Assembly (NCBI GenBank): GCA_046293175.1
Contig: JBKBPM010000001.1
Coordinates: 511,847-575,846 of the forward strand
Length of the DNA stretch: 64,000 bases
From: Minisyncoccia bacterium
GTDB taxonomy: Bacteria > Patescibacteriota > Minisyncoccia > Phycocordibacterales > UBA918
Direction: 5' to 3'
Shown: in pieces, positions 10,767 to 19,494 of the stretch
Layout of the letters: each line of letters opens with the position of its first letter
Position numbering within the stretch: the stretch's first letter is position 1
Program-made: the position numbers and the translations under genes
Notes under the pieces: model-generated
The model's database searches: none
What the model was told of the DNA's origin: nothing
The model's input: only the letters and a program-made list of their open reading frames with translations

Positions 10767-10824
10767 TTACAGATCATGCAGAAGCGGCACCCTACCTATA
10801 GGTGTCACTTTTGTTGAGTGCTGC

Positions 10825-12153
10825 CTAGATTGTAAATTTTGTCACCGAATAGAGATCTTCATCTGAAGCAGGTTTCGTGGTGACCACTTCAGAGGTCGGC
10901 GCTGGCTCTACTACCGGTGTAACAGGAGCCGCTACCACAGGAGCAGATGTTGGTTCAGGCGCCCGATTACCTAGGAGTGAAGCGAGCTGGTCGCGCAGGC
11001 TTGGCTTCGCTCCACTTTCGGCTGGTGCAGTTGGTACTGGTGTCGAGGTTGATACAACAGGCTCGATAGGCTGTTCTGATACTTTGACCATTGGTGCTGC
11101 TGGTACTACTTCAGGTTCTATGACCGGCACCTCCAGCTCTTTTGGTACTTTAAGTACCTCAGGCGCAACTACAGGTGCAGCTGTCGCCTGGCTCGGTACC
11201 ACTGGTTCGAGACCAGTCGCACGCGCGAGCTCAGCCAGGGTCGCCATTTCTTCGTCTACTTCATCACTCACGACGGTGTCTTTTGATTCATCTTGGTAGT
11301 CTGCTGGTACCGCTGTACGCGCATCGCTAAACTTCTCCTGACGCATCCGTTCGAGCATCGACTCAAGATCTTCGAGTGAGAAGTAATCAATAGTGAGACG
11401 ACCACCAAACTCGGTCTTCGTGATGCTCACCCGGGTACCAAGCGTGCTACTAAATTCTTTTTCCATCTCAAGCAGTCCATCATCCACCAATTCCTTCTTG
11501 CGGACTTTTTCGGTAGCAATCCCACGCGCAATTTTTTCTACTTCACGTACCGATAGTTTCTTAAGGAGAATCTCGCGGAACACCACATCTTGCTCTTCAG
11601 GACGATCATTGAGCATGAGGAGCGTACGAGCATGCCCTTCGGTGATGTCGTTGCTGCGGAGCGCATCAAGCATGTAGTCAGGTAAGGCCAAAAGGCGAAT
11701 TGAGTTTGAGACATACTCACGACTGCGCCCCACCTTCACTCCCACCTGGGTGTGTGAGAGTCCAAATACATCCGCCAGCTGGCGAAACGCGAGCGCGCGG
11801 TCAACCGCATTAAGATCCTCACGCTGAAGGTTTTCGATAATGGCAAGTTCAAGTTTCTCTTGCTCAGTCTGCTCACCATCACGAATAATCACCGGCACAA
11901 TTTGTAACCCCGCAAGTTTACTCGCGCGTAAGCGCCGCTCTCCGGCGATGAGTTCATACTCACTGCGGAATGATCCATCTTCTCCCTGGATTTCTTTGCG
12001 GGTGACGGTGAGCGGCTGCAAAATACCGTACATCCGCACTGACTCGGCCAGTTCTTTGAGTTTTGCCTCATCAAATTCACGACGTGGCTGAAATGGGTTT
12101 GGGACAATTTTTTCAACTTCTACCCAAAAGATTGAATCACCTTGAAATGCCAT
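10825..12153 (-). CDS. parB: ParB/Spo0J partition protein with Pro/Ala/Val-rich C-terminal tail
   Basis: PNPFQPR, GILQP, IAGERRLRA, IENLQREDL motifs. Confidence 0.9.
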   Translation of the reverse strand: MAFQGDSIFWVEVEKIVPNPFQPRREFDEAKLKELAESVRMYGILQPLTVTRKEIQGEDGSFRSEYELIAGERRLRASKLAGLQIVPVIIRDGEQTEQEKLELAIIENLQREDLNAVDRALAFRQLADVFGLSHTQVGVKVGRSREYVSNSIRLLALPDYMLDALRSNDITEGHARTLLMLNDRPEEQDVVFREILLKKLSVREVEKIARGIATEKVRKKELVDDGLLEMEKEFSSTLGTRVSITKTEFGGRLTIDYFSLEDLESMLERMRQEKFSDARTAVPADYQDESKDTVVSDEVDEEMATLAELARATGLEPVVPSQATAAPVVAPEVLKVPKELEVPVIEPEVVPAAPMVKVSEQPIEPVVSTSTPVPTAPAESGAKPSLRDQLASLLGNRAPEPTSAPVVAAPVTPVVEPAPTSEVVTTKPASDEDLYSVTKFTI

Positions 12154-12322
12154 GATGGAATGATAGTTAAAACACGGAAAAAGCCGAGCAAGAATGACCT
12201 CCAAAACCGTTCTAACGCGGTTGCTCGTCCTTCCATTCTACCACACCCCACCCCACCCCACCATGGGTGTTTATAAGTTTCTGGTTTTCTGGTATGCTCT
12301 AGCGACCGTTACAGAACGTAAT

Positions 12323-12404
12323 GCCTCGGTGGCGGAATTGGTATACGCGCACGACTCAAAATCGTGTATCGCAAGGTGTGAGGGTTCGACCCCCTCCCGA
12401 GGCA
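12323..12404 (+). tRNA. tRNA-Leu(CAA)
   Basis: Cloverleaf GCCTCGG/CCGAGGC-A; anticodon arm CACGA-CTCAAAA-TCGTG; long variable arm. Confidence 0.93.
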
Positions 12405-12428
12405 CAATGAATCCCTGTTTAGGGGTTT

Positions 12429-12563
12429 TGTGTCTCGGAGAACATGACTAGATCTCATGTTCATGAGTGGGTCGAAGAGGTTGCCAGCTATTTTTGAGTT
12501 TAGCGAAAAAATAACGACAACCTGTACCGATTCTGTAAGAATCAAGTCCCCCCTCCGGCACCA
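12429..12563 (+). repeat. gene-end-duplicating element (core A) after tRNA-Leu
   Basis: Degenerate inverted tRNA end, then GAAGAGGTTGCC...GACAACCTGTACCGATTCTGTAAG, then tRNA-like end TCAAGTCCCCCCTCCGGCACCA. Confidence 0.7.
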
Positions 12564-12606
12564 TAGCAAATACAAAATCCCCGTTTAGGGGATTTTGTAA
12601 ACACTG

Positions 12607-13239
12607 TTAATTTCGTTTAGCTTCCACCTTAATATTCCCAAAATCAGACACTCGCAGCCAATCAGTCTTCCAACCAGTCTTCTCGAGCAGTTCCCGCACC
12701 TCACCTTCTGTATAGAGACACAGTGGTGCAGAGATCGAAAATAATTCCTGTCCTACCTTATCGAGCTTCCCCCACCTTTCTGTTATCGGCTCTTTGAGTA
12801 CTTCATAATGATTTGCAATCGCAGTCTCGGCTCCAGTCACCGAGAGATAGAACCTATCGCTCACAACGTGTAACTTCTCTAAAGCTATTCGCGCGTCTTC
12901 ATACGGCAAATAATGAAGCACGCGCTGTAACACCACCAGATTAAACCGTTCGGTATTCGTAGTCACCCAGTCACGGATATCCGCATGTATAAAATCAATA
13001 GCGTCACCGTGCGACATAGACTGTCCATGTAGCACATCTCCATAATCATCAATATCAATCGCCGTCACCGTCGCTCCCGCCGCCGCGAGAGCGCCAGACA
13101 GTCCACCTTGCCCACAGCCCACATCAAGCACACAAGGAGACACTCCCGCACCCACCATCTGCTCGACCGCCGCTAGTACCCGTTTATCAAGATCATCAAG
13201 TCGTACACTTGCGACATCCACCCCGTATTGCATCGTCAT
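12607..13239 (-). CDS. class I SAM-dependent methyltransferase
   Basis: VLDVGCGQG motif I; VLHYL. Confidence 0.85.
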   Translation of the reverse strand: MTMQYGVDVASVRLDDLDKRVLAAVEQMVGAGVSPCVLDVGCGQGGLSGALAAAGATVTAIDIDDYGDVLHGQSMSHGDAIDFIHADIRDWVTTNTERFNLVVLQRVLHYLPYEDARIALEKLHVVSDRFYLSVTGAETAIANHYEVLKEPITERWGKLDKVGQELFSISAPLCLYTEGEVRELLEKTGWKTDWLRVSDFGNIKVEAKRN

Positions 13240-13409
13240 ATACTACGTAAATCAATAACAAAATACCACCCTAGACATTCCTCGATTTTCCTATAAGCTG
13301 CTTTCAGAGCGCACCTTCACAGCGGCAAAAACAAACAAGCAGAGAAGATTAATCAAGGGGTAACAATACCAAACAGCGTGATAGACACATCGTGCTTGCC
13401 CTTGACGGC

Positions 13410-13550
13410 ATGACCGCCAAGCAAATCACGGAAGTCGCAGAGGCGACCAAGGTAGTGGGAAGCCAAGCCCAGCAGGATGCAGCAATTCGTATTCAAATGA
13501 ACATTCACAGTGTTCTGGATACGAGCGCGCATATCAAGAGCGTCGCTTGA
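13410..13550 (+). CDS. possible small protein (46 aa)
   Basis: MTAKQITEVAEATK... read manually, followed by a GC-rich hairpin; below the ORF-track cutoff. Confidence 0.25.
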   Translation: MTAKQITEVAEATKVVGSQAQQDAAIRIQMNIHSVLDTSAHIKSVA

Positions 13551-13809
13551 CCTCACTCCGCCGCCCTGGCTCACCTTGGGGCGGCGTATTCTTTTTACTT
13601 TTACTTTGCGTAATATTTGCACCCTGCTACAATCAACTTATGACCTTCTGTCACACAACAACTAAGCGTATGACTACCTGGATACCACTTCGTGGCTTCG
13701 CGTTTGGCTTTGTGTGTAACTGATTATTCCCCAAATTCCGTTGTAAACAAGAACCAGGCGCCAAGCCAGGTTTGTTTTTTATAAAAACGAGGGAGTCTTA
13801 GATACGTAT

Positions 13810-14025
13810 GTGCCGGTTATCGCCTATGCACCAAACCAAGAACTAAACCCGCTCTTCGGCTACGAATTATGGCCAACTCATCCGAAGCGCGGTACACCGT
13901 ATATTCTTCACCTCACGACGGAGGAGTACACAAGGGCACAGTCGAGTCGTATTGGCCACTGCTACGGCAAGATGGTGACTGTACACACATGTCCCGCCAC
14001 TCGCGCTTTATGCTACGCATTGTGA
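13810..14025 (+). CDS. small hypothetical protein
   Basis: 71-aa ORF in the intergenic gap with GAGGGAG upstream. Confidence 0.3.
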   Translation: MPVIAYAPNQELNPLFGYELWPTHPKRGTPYILHLTTEEYTRAQSSRIGHCYGKMVTVHTCPATRALCYAL

Positions 14026-14144
14026 AGCCCCGGGCTACACTCACCGCGTTTACGCCACTGCGGTCACTTCGCAACCTTGATGCCACGCTCCCGTAGCGTG
14101 GCGTTTCTTTTTTGCTCATTTTTGCTACACTGCCGCTACCAGTC

Positions 14145-15056
14145 ATGACCAAACAACCACTCATTATCATCGTGGGACCGACTGCCTCCGGCAAAACTTC
14201 CCTATCTATCAAATTAGCGGAGGCTTTTGCCGGTGAGGTGATTTCGGCTGATAGTCGACAGGTCTACCGCGGACTTGATCTCGGCAGTGGCAAGGTGACT
14301 ACGGATGAGATGCGAGGTATACCCCACCACCTCCTTGATATCGCTGACCCCATGACCGTCTACAATGCCAGTGATTTTGTCCGTGATGCCAAGTCCGCTA
14401 TCGCCGACATTGCTGCTCGACAACACCTCCCCATCATAGCCGGTGGCACCTTCTTTTACATAGACAGTCTCCTTGGCCGTCTTTCACTCCCATCGGTACC
14501 ACCAAATGATACCCTCCGCACCGAACTTGAATATCTCAGTGTAGATGAACTTTATGCACGACTCACTGCCCTTGACCCAGTAAGATCAGAAACAGTTGAT
14601 AAAAATAATCCCCGCCGCCTCGTGCGCGCTATTGAGATAGCCACTGCCCTGGGACATGTGCCACCAACTACAATCAGTGACTCCCCTTACCGCCCACTCA
14701 CCCTTGGTATCACGATTGATAAAGAAACGCTCCACCACAACATTCATGTCCGCCTGCATGAACGATTAGATGCCGGTATGATAGCTGAGGTAGAGGGTCT
14801 TGTCGCTACCGGCATATCACACGAACGTCTCGAATCGCTTGGTCTCGAGTACCGTTATGTCTCACGTTACCTGCGGGGACTCATCGACTACGACACCATG
14901 GTCCTAGAACTTGAGACCAAAATCAGACAATTCGCCAAGCGCCAATACACCTGGCTGAAGCGCGATACCTCTATCATCTGGATTGATCCCAAGGACACTG
15001 AAGGCATTAATCCCCTCATGACAGACTTTTTAGCCGCTCCTATTCCAGCCAACTAA
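14145..15056 (+). CDS. miaA: tRNA dimethylallyltransferase
   Basis: GPTASGKT, SADSRQVY, PHHLLD, AGGT..YI, AKRQ.TW motifs. Confidence 0.96.
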   Translation: MTKQPLIIIVGPTASGKTSLSIKLAEAFAGEVISADSRQVYRGLDLGSGKVTTDEMRGIPHHLLDIADPMTVYNASDFVRDAKSAIADIAARQHLPIIAGGTFFYIDSLLGRLSLPSVPPNDTLRTELEYLSVDELYARLTALDPVRSETVDKNNPRRLVRAIEIATALGHVPPTTISDSPYRPLTLGITIDKETLHHNIHVRLHERLDAGMIAEVEGLVATGISHERLESLGLEYRYVSRYLRGLIDYDTMVLELETKIRQFAKRQYTWLKRDTSIIWIDPKDTEGINPLMTDFLAAPIPAN

Positions 15057-15097
15057 TTTGCCTTTCGGCTGTTTTTTGCGTACTATGGTGCGCACAC

Positions 15098-15168
15098 GGG
15101 TCTATAGTTTAGGGGTAGAACATCAGTCTCCAAAACTGATGGCCGAGGTTCGATTCCTCGTGGACCCG
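15098..15168 (+). tRNA. tRNA-Trp(CCA)
   Basis: GGGTCTA/TGGACCC-G acceptor; TCAGT-CTCCAAA-ACTGA anticodon arm. Confidence 0.92.
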
Positions 15169-15207
15169 CATACAGAAAAACCGCCATAAGGCGGTTTTTC
15201 TGTATGC
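15168..15207. terminator. bidirectional intrinsic terminator
   Basis: GCATACAGAAAAACCGCC-ataa-GGCGGTTTTTCTGTATGC. Confidence 0.8.
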
Positions 15208-15222
15208 GTTTTTGAAGCTAAC

Positions 15223-16212
15223 TTAACACGAGACATTTACCTCTCCTCTTCGACCACCCCAATCACAATGCACGTGCCCTGACCCCGAATACATCATTAT
15301 AAAACTAGCTCCAACCGCCCGACATACTCTGACAATATCACATCGACCAGCTCGTCCACCAGCAGAAGTAAGATCAAGCGCTACGCCAGAAGAATGACGA
15401 GAACCGTTACCCCCACGGCTGCACGGCCGAGCAACTGTTCCTTGCTGCTGGCATCGAGGGCACTGATCCCAAAGTTCCGTTTGTCTGGCATCAGATCGGT
15501 ATGAACTGGTAACGCTAAGACTAGGCAGAGATCTTTGCATGGCTGTAAAGCGACCGGCGACGTAAGCTGTCGCCCGGTGATTGCCTTGTCCAGGTATACT
15601 TACCAAAGAACTCTCATTAAAACTACAATTACTTCCGACGGCAGGATTTGGTATAGGCATCCCCGCCGGACCAGGAATGGTGGCTGGAATAATTGTTACA
15701 TCCTCACCTCCTGGAATAGATTCATTTGGTTCAAACGTCACTGGGGTAAACGAGCCCGGGGTTGGTGTCGGCTGAGAATAACACTCCACCGTACTCCAAT
15801 AAAGCCAACCAGTCACCTGCCCATTTGGTATTTGCCCCTCTGAGCCTTCGCGTCCAACCAAACCGCGCATAATGGTGTCAACAATCAGCCACGCTGCCAG
15901 CACAATAATAAGCCCAATAAATGCATTTACAAATCGGTTCTTCGCTTCATCGAGTGCATGATGATTGCCGCCGGAGGTGACGAGGCCAAAACCAGCGTAG
16001 GCGAGGATAACCGCGAAGATAATAAAAAGAAATCCAATGAGCCAGGTGATGAGGCCGTTGGCAAGATGCACTAAGTTACAGGCTGAACAGTCTGGACCAG
16101 AACAGCCGGCGTATTCCGCCAGTGAGGTTTGAGCAATGGCCACGTCCGGCACCACCATTGGTAGAATGAGAGTAAAACTGAAGATAGCTAAAAATAGTCC
16201 GAACCGCATCAT
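15223..16212 (-). CDS. pilin-like (VirB2/TrbC-type) protein fused to an M15-family Zn peptidase
   Basis: Two TM helices with the CPR-pilin G...A...A.IG pattern; C-terminal TSSYRS, SRHSSGVALD, HVHCD. Confidence 0.75.
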   Translation of the reverse strand: MMRFGLFLAIFSFTLILPMVVPDVAIAQTSLAEYAGCSGPDCSACNLVHLANGLITWLIGFLFIIFAVILAYAGFGLVTSGGNHHALDEAKNRFVNAFIGLIIVLAAWLIVDTIMRGLVGREGSEGQIPNGQVTGWLYWSTVECYSQPTPTPGSFTPVTFEPNESIPGGEDVTIIPATIPGPAGMPIPNPAVGSNCSFNESSLVSIPGQGNHRATAYVAGRFTAMQRSLPSLSVTSSYRSDARQTELWDQCPRCQQQGTVARPCSRGGNGSRHSSGVALDLTSAGGRAGRCDIVRVCRAVGASFIMMYSGSGHVHCDWGGRRGEVNVSC

Positions 16213-16217
16213 GATGC

Positions 16218-16721
16218 TTACAATTTTACACTACCGGGACAGAAGCTAAATCGGTAATCAGCACCAGAAGCAGCTTCATCAACATACCCAGGCACACTCA
16301 CGGTGTAATCGAGTCCACACATCTGGGCCTCACTCAGGTTAAGAGTCTTTTTTAGATAGGCTTCGACCGATAGCCGACTTGCTGCGAACGGCTTTTTGAG
16401 AAGTATGATATTAAAATATTTTGTCTCAGCATCAAAAGTAACAATGTACTCGGCTGTTTGGACATCTTCAAAAGTGTTACCTAGAAAATAGTCATTTGTA
16501 TTATATGCAGCTGGAGTGACTTCAGGTAAGGCTAGAAAGTTTTCAACATCAATACTTTTACCGTTTGCTAATGGAAGGGTCACACCGCTATCACTTGGCT
16601 TCGCTACCGAATTATCTGGCCTCGTGATAGAAGCATCCTTTATTAAACTATTATAAAGGATATATACACTGATTGGGATGAAAACAACAAATATAATTGT
16701 AATGACTAAAGAAAATTTCAT
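16218..16721 (-). CDS. membrane-anchored hypothetical protein
   Basis: N-terminal TM helix; lies between the two pilin fusions. Confidence 0.65.
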   Translation of the reverse strand: MKFSLVITIIFVVFIPISVYILYNSLIKDASITRPDNSVAKPSDSGVTLPLANGKSIDVENFLALPEVTPAAYNTNDYFLGNTFEDVQTAEYIVTFDAETKYFNIILLKKPFAASRLSVEAYLKKTLNLSEAQMCGLDYTVSVPGYVDEAASGADYRFSFCPGSVKL

Positions 16722-16730
16722 ACTAATGTA

Positions 16731-17663
16731 TTACATCCTACCACCATAGGCACGGACACAAGACGCTGCCCGATTATTGCAACCAGGACAAGTCCAGTCG
16801 CGATAACCACGTGTACGAACTAACCGCACCATCATTTGTATATTACACTGCGCACGCATACAATTTGATCGCCAATCATTACAAGCTCCGGGCGGCGGAT
16901 TGCTTCTCCACGTGGTTCGTGTTATCTGAAACGTACCACAGGCAGTTGAATTAGAACCTGGGTGTGTTTCATTATACGGTGGAGTATTTGGATTACCAGA
17001 ACTCTCAGTCATCGCAATGCAAGACATTACATTTGCCTGTACTGGTGTTAAGCCCGCTGCTTGTAGTGCCGCTACACTACAAGCACTATTTGAAGGACTA
17101 CACTGCACACCGCCACCTGGTCCACCGCCAGAGCCACCGCCAGATAAACTGCCGCCAGTAGCACCGGTAATATAGGTGTAGCTACCTGGTATAACCACCA
17201 CACGATTACCAGGAATCTCAGTATTTGGATCAAAAGTTTGTGGAGTAAAAGTCCCTGGGTCCGGGTTTGGTTGTGCCACACAACTCAGTTCATTCCACAT
17301 CCCAAGTCGTGTCTCACCATCAAGGAGTAACATGCGCATACCGGTGTCAATGAGAAGCCAGCCGGCGAGGACAATCACATAGCCAATAATCATGTTACTA
17401 ATCATTGATTTGGCATCTTCTTTGGCATGGCGATTGCCACCAGAGGTCACAAGCTTAAAGCCAGCGTAGACGATAATAATGGCAGCGACCGTACCAAGAA
17501 TGAGCACGAGCCAAGAAATCACCCGATTGACGAGTTCTACCACATAACACATCTGACAAGCCGGTTCACCCTCACCCCCACAAGGAACAAGACCCGCTGC
17601 ATAGGAAAGCAGTGGCACTGCTACGAGCACCAAAAACAATACACTGCCCCAAAATCGCTTCAT
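16731..17663 (-). CDS. pilin-like protein fused to a lytic transglycosylase (SLT-like) domain
   Basis: Pilin-like TM pair; C-terminal IAMTESSGNP...ACGTFQIT..TW lysozyme-fold motifs. Confidence 0.75.
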   Translation of the reverse strand: MKRFWGSVLFLVLVAVPLLSYAAGLVPCGGEGEPACQMCYVVELVNRVISWLVLILGTVAAIIIVYAGFKLVTSGGNRHAKEDAKSMISNMIIGYVIVLAGWLLIDTGMRMLLLDGETRLGMWNELSCVAQPNPDPGTFTPQTFDPNTEIPGNRVVVIPGSYTYITGATGGSLSGGGSGGGPGGGVQCSPSNSACSVAALQAAGLTPVQANVMSCIAMTESSGNPNTPPYNETHPGSNSTACGTFQITRTTWRSNPPPGACNDWRSNCMRAQCNIQMMVRLVRTRGYRDWTCPGCNNRAASCVRAYGGRM

Positions 17664-17767
17664 ATACTAGTCCATTTAGCGTACCACATTCCCCCCTTTG
17701 AAAATAGCCACAAACTGTGGTAACGTACAACCCACGTAGCCAATGTGCTACAGACCAAGTATCAATT

Positions 17768-17850
17768 GCGTCGGTACTCAAGTGGTCAACGAGGGGGGAC
17801 TGTAAATCCCCTGGCATCTGCCTACGAAGGTTCGAATCCCTCCCGGCGCA
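17768..17850 (+). tRNA. tRNA-Tyr(GTA)
   Basis: GCGTCGG/CCGGCGC-A; GGGGA-CTGTAAA-TCCCC; long variable arm. Confidence 0.93.
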
Positions 17851-17892
17851 CACCAAAAAAACAGCTCAGGCAAATGCCTGGGCGATTTTTAT

Positions 17893-18029
17893 TGTGTGCC
17901 GGGAAGTAAAGTGTGTGGGACACACTTTACGCGGGATTCGAAGACCTTGCCTGCTATTTTGTGAGGTACGAAACAAAATAGTGACAAGGTGTACTGAAGC
18001 TGTAAGCTTCGAATCCCTCCCGGCGCACA
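17893..18029 (+). repeat. gene-end-duplicating element (core A) after tRNA-Tyr
   Basis: Inverted tRNA end, core GAAGACCTTGCC...GACAAGGTGTACTGAAGCTGTAAG, then an exact copy TTCGAATCCCTCCCGGCGCACA. Confidence 0.8.
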
Positions 18030-18094
18030 ACAACTGATTAGAATGCAATGTATTTGGATCATTACCTATTCCATCGACACTGTTCGATACTCGA

Positions 18095-18787
18095 TTAAAC
18101 TATAATCGCAACGTTTAGAATCTTTGGTTCTGGAGCATATACGCCATATTGAAAAGTGGAGCTACTCACCCATTTGGTATCGAATACCGGACCACCGTAC
18201 CCACAGCCGCCTGACCAGAAACTTTCATGATCTGCTATAGAAACTTTTTTGATGGTTGACATTGTTTCTAAGTCAATAATTGAAATTGTCGTTGTGGGAT
18301 TGTAGTAATCAATTATATTTGTGAGATATCTACCCTCTGGAGACAAATCTTCACCATCAGCATAACTAATAGCAAAATCTGTCTTGAAAAAACTTTTTCC
18401 TTTTATATCAAATCCATACACTAAACTTTCTCTGGAACTATATGTTAATGTTTTCACAAAAATTATTCCCGTGAGTTGTGACCTATAGATAGGTTCAATC
18501 ACCGGACCATATGTTGGTTGTACAGAAAATTGATTTTCAAATATAGTTTGAAGCTCTGTATTTGTTGGTAAAGACGTATTTGTTGCCATTGATGACACTT
18601 GACTTGATGTTGCAATAACTGTCTCCACATTTTGAATCATCACTTTATTTTGAACGAATTCATAACCCACATACCCACCCAAAAGTGGTAGGAGTACGAA
18701 CAATGTGAGTACTAAATATTTTGATAGTGGAGTGACTTTTTTCAACGGCGCTATAAGACTCTCCTCTTCATGCTGTTGCGGTTCCAT
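18095..18787 (-). CDS. membrane-anchored hypothetical protein
   Basis: N-terminal KVTPLSKYL..LF..LP.LGGYVG TM segment; AT-rich body. Confidence 0.65.
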   Translation of the reverse strand: MEPQQHEEESLIAPLKKVTPLSKYLVLTLFVLLPLLGGYVGYEFVQNKVMIQNVETVIATSSQVSSMATNTSLPTNTELQTIFENQFSVQPTYGPVIEPIYRSQLTGIIFVKTLTYSSRESLVYGFDIKGKSFFKTDFAISYADGEDLSPEGRYLTNIIDYYNPTTTISIIDLETMSTIKKVSIADHESFWSGGCGYGGPVFDTKWVSSSTFQYGVYAPEPKILNVAIIV

Positions 18788-18879
18788 TCTAACAATACTA
18801 CCATGTTCGCCACTACCAATTTCGCAAAATCAGCGTATAATCTCCCCAAACTGAAACCTCAGCACAAGGGAGAAACACT

Positions 18880-19416
18880 GTGCGCCTGATCCTTAAAGTA
18901 CTACTCCTGTCTACCACCCTATCAAACGCTTCCCTGGCTGAGGGAACGTATACTCCCAAGCCGCTGCCCGCCCATCTGCAAGATTGTGTCGACGCAGCTA
19001 TCCGTGATTTGGCTCTCTCTGATGGGAAACGCGACACGATCGAGAAACTCTTCAACAAACACGTCGACCGAAACGGGCTCGGGTATCGCGTATGGAAACG
19101 TGCTTGGGCTAATGGCACGAAAAAGTGGCGAGCCAAAGCCATCGAACTCTACATCGACACGCTCATGCTCGTGGCTAAAGATGCCAAGGCGGGCGCTACG
19201 GTCATTCGGGTGGACAGTCGCTTGGCTGACCACGCAGAACGGGGTGCCAACAACGGCAACGGACTCTGGCAAATCGCCTTCAGTGCCCACCTGTCTGACG
19301 GACGCATCGTAAGCGCCGGCGCCCTGGTCACTGATCAATGCAAAGCAGTCGAGTTCATTCATGGTACCTGGGTTGGTAGACAGATCCCTGCCGCCCTGGT
19401 TGATGCGCAGCTCTAA
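18880..19416 (+). CDS. secreted protein, MlaC/Ttg2D-like
   Basis: Signal peptide; IEKLFNKHVDRNGLGYRVWKRAWANGT..WR..AIELY resembles the MlaC helical region; AAGGGAG SD. Confidence 0.45.
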   Translation: MRLILKVLLLSTTLSNASLAEGTYTPKPLPAHLQDCVDAAIRDLALSDGKRDTIEKLFNKHVDRNGLGYRVWKRAWANGTKKWRAKAIELYIDTLMLVAKDAKAGATVIRVDSRLADHAERGANNGNGLWQIAFSAHLSDGRIVSAGALVTDQCKAVEFIHGTWVGRQIPAALVDAQL

Positions 19417-19494
19417 GACCTAAGGCCGCCCGGGAGTACACTCGGGCGGTCTTTCACTTTTTCTTTCTATTATTCATAAGGTATACTGTCTTTC

